DNA of 64,000 nt, from contig NC_134027.1 in NCBI RefSeq assembly GCF_964204645.1, forward strand, positions 8,340,485 to 8,404,484. Reading direction: 5' to 3'. Positions 25,638 through 37,200 of the stretch are shown piece after piece. Position 1 is the stretch's first letter. Each line of letters starts with the position of its first letter. The notes beneath the pieces were generated by a model. The model was given only the letters and a program-made list of their open reading frames with translations. It searched no databases and was not told the DNA's origin. The DNA is from Tubulanus polymorphus. Lineage: Eukaryota; Animalia; Nemertea. Both the position numbers and the translations under genes were made by a program.

Positions 25638-28600
25638 ATGGGTAAAGTGAAACATAAACGCCAAAAGCCTCAGAAACCTCGACCCACTGGTATAGAAAGC
25701 GTGGCTGAGGTTGAACAAGAAGAAGCTGAGCTTGAAACGCCTGTCACCCGAACATCACATGCAGTTGCTTCAATTGTTGATAAGGTAAAAAAAAAATAGT
25801 CTGAATACCAGTCGTTGTTACGGGTTCCTACGGGTTGTTTGTGGAACGACGGCTAAGTACTTGACTACCTAACCACCCAGACAGTTTATTCAAAATTGTT
25901 GTATGTCTCAATTCCAAATCGAGGTTTATCAAATCAATAAATTTTTGGTTTTCTGCTATAAATCATCAAAGATCCAAAGATCAAAGTATCCAGTTCCAAA
26001 TTCCGCAAGGAAATTATTTGATGAAAAAGTTTTGATTGTATGCAAGCCAAAATCAGCAGTTACAGGAATTTAAACCTCTTTTTGACAGTTGGGTGTTTGA
26101 TAAGTCTAAATAGTGCATAATGTACAGGTAACTTTGATACACATGGATATTGCACCGTACATGTATTTTCCAGCCTATCTGACACTGGCTGAGGGCCCTT
26201 TTTGATATATGTTTTCTTAAATGTTTCAGCTGCATAGTGGAAGTGCTGAAGAAAGAGAATGTGGTTGTACAACAATCGCTACCATAGTTGATCAGCCTGG
26301 TGCAGTAGCAATATTGCTGGATTTAGACGTTGTACGGATTTTAGGTCCATTAATGGTTGATCAGTGTGTTACTGTCAGGCAAGCGGCCATTGGTGCTTTA
26401 AGGTGATTTTTAAATTCCCATGATACGAGTGAAAATCATGTACATGGTGTAGATAATGCAATTTACTCATCGTTATTTGGTTTTCCAGGAACCTTTCCGT
26501 TGTTGGTGGTTACGAAGTTTGTGATCAGATGATTGACAATGATGTGATGACTCCCCTCATTGCTATATTACAACAGGTCTAGTTTATAGACTCGTCTTTC
26601 CTGATGTAGTCAAATTGTATGCTTCCAGTTATTATCCGGTGTATGATAAAACTGTTATTGTTTCTGTTTTGATGCAGTATAAGGAGCAATGGCAACCGGA
26701 AAAAGCTTCGTCAAAAATGGAAACAGATCCAAAAACTGATGTGTTTTTACAAGCTACACACTTGCTCTGGAACTTATGGTCAGTAAATTTCGTGAATAAA
26801 ACAAGCCTTTGAAATTATATATTGTACATTGCTTATATTACTGGTATGTTTTCATGTAACAGTGAGAGCAATCAAACAGCAGTATCAATCGTCAATCAGC
26901 AGAATATAATCCCAATGTTTCTATCAACCCTTGATCCTGATATGTACGGATTTGCCCAGGCAATTGCCACTGGTAAGTCTTCTGTGAATTCGAATGATTG
27001 ATGTCTGTCATGAATTGTTTGAATTTCAATTCGAATTTTTAATGCATTTCATGTATATGTGGAACAAATCGAACTTCTGATCTGATGGAGTGAATAACAT
27101 TGTCATACCGCTTTCTTTCACTTCCAGCGCAGTTCTTGCAGATTGTTTCCGAGAACAATCCGGATGCGCTACCTGTACTAAGCTCGACAGAGGCTGAAAA
27201 TTCACTGCGTAAACTTATTTCATCCGAATTTCACACCAACTCAATGCAACATGTGTTTCTGAAAACATTGGCATCAGGTAATAGAAGCATTTTGATAGGT
27301 AACATGGAGTATTCTGTGGCGAAATTCAACACGATTGATTTTGATATTCTCTTCAGGCATATTGTACAATGTTAGTTGCGGCAAACTGAATACAGCGAAA
27401 GGAAACGTTTTAACTGTGATCGTCGAGGTGTTGATGAGTATTATACGATTAGATACAACGTCGAACATTACTGAAATAGCAGAAAAATTAATGGCAGTTA
27501 TGGTACAATTACTGATCATCTTAGAAATTCGATCTTAATACCACAGCATTGTAAGTGAAGATTATTTGAGTTTGATTTCTTTGAAATTGATTTACAGAAT
27601 GCTAGTAACGGTACTTCATCTTTGTCTGAAGAAGACAAAGACAAAGAACATGTTCCAGATGTTAATGTGAGTTACCCTTCAATGATTCAGAATTAAGCAC
27701 CATTCGATGTAGAAAATAGTGTTACTTTCTTGTTTTCTTTGTCTTTTAATTGCAGCATAAAAGCATAGACGCAGAAATCGAAAAGCTTCACAATATTTTG
27801 TCTTCGCAACAACTAGCATTAGAAATAATAGCTAATTTGAGTTGCTCTGATGGTGGGTAATTCTCTTGTAATCAGATGCAATGTTTTTTGGTTTTTTTTC
27901 GTGAAAAATATATTTGTGTTTTATATCTGTTTAGACGAAGAGTGGGAGGAACTTGACAGTGCTGAATCAAGTGCCGATGAAATGGCGTGTTCAGAGCCAG
28001 AAAATCAAATGGACATGTTAGTAAGTGTCCACGTAAAAATAATCCTTTATTTTCTCGATCCACTGATATCGCGATTATTCCTACCATGCATGATTTGTCG
28101 TAACTGCATCTTCTAGTCGCCCACATGTGTGCCAACCGAGGTACTCAGTCTGTTCGCCGATCATCAAGTTCTCACGGAGGTTGTGAAAAAGATACCGTCA
28201 CTCGATGCCCGAATAGCCGGTCATTTATCTCATTATCCAAAAGGCAAGAAACTATTGAAAAGGTAATGCTGAAACTTCAAGTGTAGTCAGGTGTCATGTA
28301 ATTTTAATGCTTCTTAAATGTTGCACTCATAGAAAATTACATGTATTCAGGAATCGTTGTTTATAAATTGGTACTAAGTAAGGTGGTGAGGCATTCTGCT
28401 GAGTATTTCAATGTATTTTCCTTGACTCACTTGCAATCTTTTTGACAGTATTCACACACTGCAAAGTAGAGCTTTGAATAATGTAAACAACATGGCAAGT
28501 AATATGGAACCTGATGCTTTAGGTGGGTTAAAGAACCTCCACCTGTTATGGTTGAAACTCACACAGATCGCAGTCACTGAGACTGGTAAGTTTGACAATC

Positions 28601-29806
28601 TTGTGAAGAATTTTTCGAATGGAATGCCACTTCAGTCAAATAAGTTCAGTAATGCCTCATAATGTGTTATCACTTTTATATTAAATACATGTATAGCTCT
28701 GGTTTTTTGTTTTATATAGCTGTGAAAAATGAAGGAATACTGGAGGCTGTAACTGGAGCTATGAGAGCTGTTGTTCAAAGATTGGCGCAATTACAGTCAC
28801 CTGAGGTCAGCAAGTGAACTGCATATACATTATTAAATATATTATCATGGATTATTAACATATGCAGCTACGTAGCAGATGTATACATCATATAGATTCT
28901 GCCAGTCAGTGGGTAATTTGCCTTAAATTTGCTTTTTTCAGTTCAAAGATGTGACGCTGCAAGATTTAAATTTTCTCTTCGAAATGGGTTCAAAATGTAA
29001 CAACGCAGATGTGCGTGCCAATACGTTGCGAATAGTATCCACGATAGGATGTATGCTTGCTCAACAAGTAACTCCACATTCATTATTGAAAGTGAGTGAT
29101 TGAACTTCTAAAATTTTTAGATATTTACCTGACATTTTACGGATTATTGAAAGATTAACTTCGATTTGTTTAGAATATCGGGCTGTTTTTGGTTGAACTG
29201 GCCTCTAATGACTCTGAACTGTGGGTAACCGCAGAAGCACTAGATGGTCTATTCGATGTATTTGCTGAAGATCATGTGGATCCTATTGTAAAGGAAATTG
29301 CTCTAGTCCCAAAACTAAAACAGATAGCTCCTGCACTAAAAGTGAAGGTAAGATAATAAAAAATACATAATAATTACTCCATATTCAGATTAGTTCAGCT
29401 CGACTAGTTGGACCAAGAAATTCCTGCTGACTTATCAAATTTTCTCGCATGTGCAGTTTTTACTGTGCTGTAATCCTCCAAAAAACTACCCAATCTTTTC
29501 TTTTAGTCTAAATCAGACCTGGGTATAACTACTATTTGAGCGTAGTTTCTCTTTTCAAGACCTCAACTTCTCCCAAAAATATCAAAATCAGAACAATTAC
29601 AGTTCATTTTCTATCAAACTACTATTTTTAAAGTCCATTAACTTTCAATTTCGGTGCAAACAACTACAATTGAAAGAGATCAGGTAAATACATTGTTTTA
29701 CTGTTTTCAGGTGCAACAGCAGAAGAAGAAGTTAGGAGAGCATTTGCCAATAGTTACCACTGCAAGGACTAACTTAAATCGGTTTATCAAATACAAGAAT
29801 AGTTAA
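25638..29806 (+). CDS. HEATR3: HEAT repeat-containing protein 3 (Syo1 homolog, uL5/uL18 import adaptor), about 16 exons
   Basis: [18 protein letters not shown]...[14 protein letters not shown]...[48 protein letters not shown]...[11 protein letters not shown]...[17 protein letters not shown]...[14 protein letters not shown] (stop 29804-29806). Matches HEATR3 at the N-terminus, middle and C-terminus. Confidence 0.93.
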
Positions 29807-30080
29807 TGACAGTAGCCTTTTCTCAATATATTTGGTCGAAAAGTGTTCTGAGTTAGAACTTCTAAATTTCAACTGTACATACATTATTTATGATAAATCG
29901 TACAATGTATTTTAAGAGATTGAAGCAAATAAATTTCATGATCTTTTTAAAAGGGTTATTGGCTGTTACAATAAATTAAGTTCAATCAGGACTGTAAATA
30001 AGGCATGGTTATTTTAATCATACAGAATTAAATAAAGAAAATTATTTATGCCGACTGCACAAAGCATGTTTTGTCATCTC

Positions 30081-30794
30081 TTACAGTTTTGACTTTTCTA
30101 TTAGATTCAAGAGGACATAATTTAAATGTTCTGCAACAGGATTTGGTAGAACTTCAGGGTACATGTCTATAGAAAATTTCGGTTCGTTTTCATACACAAT
30201 CATGGCTACAAAGATCAACAACTTCGATGTCATGCCCTTTGTAACATAGATCCCTAATGATCTTAAGTTATCATGGAAGATATGTACATACGTTTCCCTT
30301 TGATCGATTAACCTATTGAAAATAAAGTAACTATGTCCATCAGACTCCAAAAAACGCGATAAAGGTATAAATGCGGCCGATTCCACTTCTTCATCGTTGC
30401 AAATTGGAATAAAGCTTTCGGGAATGAAACCTATGAACGTTCGCACCAAGTAATCGTACATCAAGAAGGGAACGAATTCACAAATTACGTCAACGCTATC
30501 AGGAGAGAGTCCGATTTCTTCGCGAGCTTCTCTCAGAGCGGTATCTAAAAAGCATTTGTCGCTGGTGTCGTCAAATCTTCCTCCGGGGAAGCAAATCTCA
30601 CCAGGCCGGGAAATGTTTTTCGAACGTTTCGTTAACAATACGCTTAAAATGCCATCTTTCAACGTCAGAGGAATGAGCACGGCAGCTGGTTTTCTGTGTG
30701 TATTCGGCGAGTATTGATCCCAATTGGTGCCGAGAAAACTTCGGGCAAAATTCTTCAGTTGCTGTACTGCAAGACTGCGAGTTGGTTTCATCAT
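30081..30794 (-). CDS. NUDT7: Peroxisomal CoA diphosphatase NUDT7-like Nudix hydrolase, intronless
   Basis: Contains AAVLIPL, the CoA-type motif LLTKRS...PGEICFPGG, the Nudix box TALREAREEIGL and a C-terminal PTS1 -SKL. The first ATG is at 30794; the ORF-track start at 30827 is GTG. Confidence 0.88.
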   Translation of the reverse strand: MMKPTRSLAVQQLKNFARSFLGTNWDQYSPNTHRKPAAVLIPLTLKDGILSVLLTKRSKNISRPGEICFPGGRFDDTSDKCFLDTALREAREEIGLSPDSVDVICEFVPFLMYDYLVRTFIGFIPESFIPICNDEEVESAAFIPLSRFLESDGHSYFIFNRLIDQRETYVHIFHDNLRSLGIYVTKGMTSKLLIFVAMIVYENEPKFSIDMYPEVLPNPVAEHLNYVLLNLIEKSKL

Positions 30795-31256
30795 GTTTGA
30801 CAATTCGTTTTGACAGGTGCGTACCACGTGCTTGTATTTACATCAACGCGATCGCGCATGCGTAGCTATGAGAATCGAAGCCTGATCTTTTTTGCCGACT
30901 GAATAAATGCCGTAAATTATCACTAATCATCGGTTATGATCCACGAATATCAATACGTAACAATAGTCTTAGTTGATAACAACGTTTTATTATCCTCATT
31001 TGAGTTATACGTAGAGGTGTGTCAATCATGACCCTCGAGATAAAAAAGGTCGGTTTCCTATTGGTTGACAATGACGTCAATCTTTAATTTACGCCTCGTT
31101 TTGAGATGTGGTTCAGGAGAGCTCCAGAATTTCAGCAGAAAAGCGAAAATCGCGCGCACTGCGTGAATGTTTACGAGTTTTCAAGCGTTATTTCACCTGA
31201 ATAGGATATGAAACAGTCTACGAAAATGGTCTCTATCCGTGAATAAAAACAATACC
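30795..31256. promoter_or_regulatory. Bidirectional promoter / 5' leaders of NUDT7 and NFAT5
   Basis: About 460 bp between divergent ATGs, with NRF1-like CGCGCATGCG (~30853), ATTGG (31060-31064) and a perfect CRE TGACGTCA (31072-31079). Confidence 0.6.
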
Positions 31257-34200
31257 ATGCCATCTGACTATTGCAATAAAGTATCGAACGTAATCGTTGG
31301 TGTTAAATCGTCAGAATATGGTCTTCTTACACGATCTAAAGGTAAGAAAAACAACAAAATGGCGTCGACCGTAAGTGATTAACCCTTTCACTTCTTACTA
31401 CTACCACCATTGAAAGACTATTAATTTTCAACATCTGTTTTCAGTAACCATGGATTCTACAAATAAATACATTCTGGATCATGTGGATTCTGAAGTCGAT
31501 TTCAGCAGGGGCCATAATAGCCTTTTTGATGACGAAACTTTTACGTTTACCCCTCTTGAAAAAGGTTTATTGACGTTGCCTTCCTTTTTATTAAACGTTT
31601 ATTAAAAATATTTCAATCAATTCCATTGGACTACAGGCTATAGTAGTTAAATGTCCAATCTTAAATCACAATCCCGTTACTGGCTAATATTGCATGTATC
31701 ATAATTATTTTGAATTTTGTGAAACATTGAAATCGTGAAAAGATAATTAAATTTCTATCTTGCAGCAGATCCATTATCTTCGATGGCATCGCCGTTGCTT
31801 TGTGGGAGTGAAAATCTGTCGGGGCCGGCTTCGCAAGTGTACAACAGCATTAGCCAGTTGTCCATGGAATCTATCGAGCATAATAACCGAGACAGCGTAT
31901 TGACTTGTATCACCGACGAAGAACTGATGCCCCCGCCCGATTCATCGACGCTGATCGGACGTCACGTTCACGACGAGATGACGTCGTTATCGAGTTATAG
32001 TCCGCTGTCGAGTCCGGAGGTTCTGTCTCCTCGGTCGCGGGTCGCGTCGCCCGAGCCGTTCATGTCCGATTCGAATACACAAATGTCGTTGATTCAAGAG
32101 GCCGCCGATTTGAATCTTGATTCGAACAGTATACACGCGTTGGACTCGTCGATGGACAGTAGTTGGTTGTATCCGACGACGGCGAACTCGGACACGGCCG
32201 TCGACGAGGAGATACCGCGGAAATCGCAACGTTGTAGCGACAACGAAGGACCGCATTCCCCGGAGAACAGTAACAACGCGAGCGCCGCCAATATGGACGG
32301 ATTCGATCTGTCCGGCGCGATTTCGTCGTCACAGTTTATATTCACGAAATTCGGTTGCGGTGTGCCGGGTGTGTTCGAGACGACAAACAACACTTCAGAA
32401 GTCAGCTGTGACGGGTAAATGAAAATTTCCAGTTCGGGTGATGGGTAATCTTAGAGTTCTAACAAAACGGCCTGTTTGAAATCTGAAATTTTTCGTAAGG
32501 CATTGATGATAAGTGAGCTTGGCACACCGGTACATTTGATGTATAGGACCCTATGTTTTATGCGCATCTGCTGGACCAGATGGTTATCAGTAGAGTAAGC
32601 CTGTAGGCCTACTGCCTGTCTATTGGCACCACTGTCCATTGACCTGAAAAACCTGGAAAGCTCAGGGAATCATGAAATTCTAAATCAGAGAATTTCACTA
32701 GATTTTGCACAAAATCTGGAAAACTCAGGAAATCAGATATATGTTATTGACCGTGCATTTCTTAATACGTGATTCATAAAAGATGAATAAACATTTTAAT
32801 CCAAAGAATTGCACGGGATTCATTCAGGTTCACTCTTTCGTGTAATAACATGGAGAATTTGTATAGTGGCCACCCTCATATAGCGCTTTACTGTCTGTTG
32901 ATGCCTTGTTCAGGAATTCAATTTGGTATCATAGATGAAGAAATTAGTAATCAGAACAATGCTTATTTCAGGGCCACAATTGAAGACGCGCCGCAGGTGA
33001 GCGATATGGAATCGAGTTTTGATGAACCCCTTTCAGCGGTTCGTCCGAGCAAACGACACGGAATCGAACTGAAAGTTTTGAGGAATCCCGAAGTTCAGCA
33101 CCGCGCGAGATATTTAACGGAAGGAAGTCGAGGTGCCGTCAAAGATCACGCTGGCACCGGCCATCCAGTCGTCAAGGTGAGTTTATTTTTGAAAGCGTCC
33201 GAATATGACAAGTCTATTGCTGATAATTTGCGAATGAAAAACTAATCACTCATATGAATTTCTATTTCAGTTAATCGGTTATAATCAGAAAGCTACGTTG
33301 CAGGTGTTTGTTGGCACTGATTCGGGCAATGTGAAGCCGCACGGTTTCTATCAGGCTTGCAAAGTTTGCAGTAAAAACTCGACGCAATGCATTGAACGAA
33401 CAATCGATGGAACAACGGTTATCGAGGTCGATTTCGAACCCGATAAGAGCATGGAAATCTGGTGAGTACATCAACAGGGTGGTGGCCACTTACCTCGTCA
33501 AGCTAAAAATCAGGGGAATTTGTTGATACTGCCGGAGTGCGCGTAAAATCAGTTTCCGTCTTAAGTAAGGGAAAGTGCTAGAGAAATAGAGTTGGCCAAC
33601 CCAATGGATGATAAGACTCATTAATATATTCAGTGGACTTTAGCCTGTTGGAAAGGGATGGTAGAACTTGGTATTTCATGCATTTTCACATAGAGCTTTT
33701 TGGTATCAACAGTGTTTTTCTATAGAATCTATTTAGATGCGTAATTGTTTATTCAAAAATGCATATTATGTCAGGACGTCAGGTTTTTTGTAAAGACAGA
33801 CCTGAACCATATGATTATTTGATGAATATTCTGTCAAATTACAGTCTCCTGACACTAATTCTATCGATCAGACAATAGGCATATATAGCATTCAAAAACA
33901 TTTCTTTTGAATACATCCAATTTCACCTTGCATATTTCTGTAGCATAGACGAATTGAAAAGATTTTCATGGAAGAAACAATCAGCCGGTTTTGATTTATC
34001 TCCAGTTCATAAAACATATGCTCTTTAATAATGGATTTGGTCCATTGTCAGTTGTGTAACATTTTGCTGTGGGAACATTTGGTGTGGGAACTTTTCTTGT
34101 TTAATTAAAGCGCGCATAGAAAGATTGGCTCTTCGCCAATTTATGCATACCATTGATTATACAGATTCTTATATTTCTTTTCATGTTGTTATTTCCTTGT

Positions 34201-37200
34201 GATCTCCGAGAATGAAAGGGAAATAAACAAAGTTATGATTCGATCTGAACATAATTTATTTGTTCGCTGCGGTTAGACATTTTCAAACATAATAACGAAC
34301 AAAGGCAGTGTTTCCAAGTGCACCGACTAACAAAGTAAATTCAGGTTTAAATTGAATGAATATTGCGTATGCGAAAAATAGGTGAAGTTGTCGCGCCTGG
34401 GGTAATCATTCCGACTAGCGCAATGATCTAGATCATAGACTATGAACCTAATTTCATACTTCTCATTTAGAGGTCAGACATCGTAAATGTATCAAGCTAT
34501 GATAGGCAAAAGTGCGATAAATCACAAATGTAGATCTGTACTGTACTTTAGCCATTGATCATTCCGCGATGAATGACGATGGTCTGATTTCTTAGATCCC
34601 TTGATTAGGGACTACATTACATGATTTTGAGTATGAATTCGATTCTCGCGTGTGACAAAGTACGAAATATCGAATGGTCATGCACAAATGGTCTACCTGG
34701 GACAGTCACCTGATTATGACTGCGATAGAGTGAACAGATAAGAATAAATTTGATTACATGGTTCTTGGTCAGACGTCATAGGATCAATACCGGGAAATAG
34801 AAGCGCAAAGGTTCACAAATCATGCACGTTCGTGCCATGTCAATGACCCGATAACGACTGACTGATAGATTAATAGATGACCTCGCTTTCATGGTTCTTG
34901 ATCAGACGTCATACAATCACCAGAACCAAGTTAGTGGGCACACAAAAATCGCAGTATGTCACTCTTATCTGTTTCCTATCACAGTTGCCTGACAATACCT
35001 GACTGATAAAATTGATTAATCGGTTCTTAGTCATAGAAAAAATGCACCAAGTATTTAATGGGCAAAGTTACGAGCTTATCTCCTTATCGCAGTCGCCTGA
35101 CTGATAGAATTAATAAATGGTCAGACGTAGAATAATCAGTACCAAGTATTGAATGAGCAAAGGTAGTGTGGTACATTCAAAAATGTTTTTCGGTACATTG
35201 CGTAAGCCACGTCTATTTGTTCGCACTCGTATGGTTGGTTGAAAAGTGTCAAATGAATTGAAAGATATATAAGATTTCTGGGTCCAAATCGATTTAAGAT
35301 TTAAAACTGAATCAATAAAGAAATGAAATCATAGAGTTAAACTTTTTTGTGACCGTGGCGAGTTTGAGATGTGTTTAAATATAAAAATGTCTCCGCAATA
35401 TCGGGATATGATGTAGTATAGTTTCCATGGTGATAGAGCTGAATAAAACTCGATGCTGGGCGTTATTTGTTTATTTCTCACCTTCTGCTGGTGTCATCGG
35501 GGATTATACGGGAATGCCCTTAGGGATTGTAAATATTAATGGATTTCCCTGAAACTTCATGTTCAGCGCTGGGACAGTCGAGATGCCCACCTTTTCAAAT
35601 AAATCTCTGAAGATGGGTGGAAGTAATCCTCCCGAAACGTCAGAACAAAAATGCTCATTGTTTGTTGAATTAGTATTGTGGGTGAAACAACTCTGTTGTC
35701 CACCTCTTGAAAATGGAGGTTATCGGCCATACATGCAAATGCCACGTTCTAGTTCTATGTTATTTATAATATGCGGTTCCAGCTTGGATTGTGTTGGAAT
35801 ACTGAAGTTACGAAACGCCGATGTCGAACAACGAATTGGAATCGCCAAATCAAAAAAGAAGAGCACAAAAGCTCGGTTAATCTACAGAGTAAAAGTGAAA
35901 TCGGAATCCGGTACTGATCTTATCCTTCAAACAGCATCTTCACCAATATTGTGTAGTAAGTATATCCTGACTGTCCAGGGTTAAAACCTTAATTAGATTA
36001 CTCTCCGGTAAGAGGCTATTCATTTAGATTGATGTAAGCCGAGGCCAGACAAGCATTATTGACCCGGATCAAATGTAAACACGCTCTCTAAATTGACACT
36101 GGCCAAATTTGACTCGGGTCTAATCCGTGCAAATTTTACCCGGGCCAAATCGTCTCCGTGTGATCACGCCTATGCTCAGCTTAAAAGTTGCATAGAGCTA
36201 TGGGGTTAACATCAGCAATCAGGTGTACAAATTGATGAATGTATTTTCATGAATTGTCCCTTACAATGAAACCTCCAGAATAACTGACGAATGTAAAAAA
36301 ATGAGGTGTCTTGGGACTGGTTTCTGGGTATAGAGTTTGTAAGACAGCCTTGCTCACAATATCCAGTCTTAATAATCATCGATTTCATAATCCCTTGCAA
36401 CGTCTCCTGCGATGTTATCTGATCCTCTCGATGACAGTGAAACAAAAAGACGGTTCACATCTGTACGATGTTAGTTCTAATCGTGAAAATCAGATTATTT
36501 TCCTGTATTCTTACAGCTCAACCAGTTGGTCAGCCGGAAATTTGTAAGCAATCGTTGGACTCGGCGTCGGTGGAAGGTGGTGACGAAATGTTTATTATTG
36601 GCAAGAATTTCATGAAGGGCACTAAAGTGATATTCCAGGAGTTGCGAAATGAGAAGGTATTCTGGGAGAAAGAGGCTGAAATATTACCCGAATATTTCCA
36701 TTCGGTGAGTTGAAAGGCTGTTCATAAATGAATATCCGGTTTTTTATGGCTTGGACGCTAGAAATAGGAATTTTCGAGACCAATTTTCAACTTGGCTAAC
36801 CGTATTCAGCTGTTGATAAGAGTTGAGATCAATTTCAAGAAAGTTTAATTTTATGGCTTTCACAACCTTGAATATCTTTTTGAGAAAAGTTATGAAAACA
36901 AGAAACAATTTTATTCATTAGACAGGGTGGCCAGTGACCAGGAAAATTCCGAGAATCAGAAAAATGTAAATTAAAAGGGATCATTCATTTTTTGAAAAAG
37001 TCCGATTTCATGCGTACATAATAAATGAATGATCCCAGAAAAAACTCAGGGAATTTGGATAGTGCCATTGACAGCGTATTTCTCTATTTCTGGGGGATAT
37101 AATGAACATATTAAACCTAGAACTCGTATTTCGTGTTATATCACACATGGAAAAAAAAACTTGGGGGATTTGTACATGGGTGGAAAGTGGCCACCCAGTT

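Noticed and set aside
25785-29710. Possible intronic snoRNAs in HEATR3, since ribosome-biogenesis genes often host them
   Set aside because: No convincing C (RTGATGA) and D (CTGA) box pair with a terminal stem at a suitable spacing was seen by eye. A snoscan/Infernal run would be needed to exclude them.
35559-35782. Upstream extension of ORF 35559-35984 as NFAT5 coding sequence
   Set aside because: RHD homology and exon phase require the acceptor at 35782; the upstream part is intronic.
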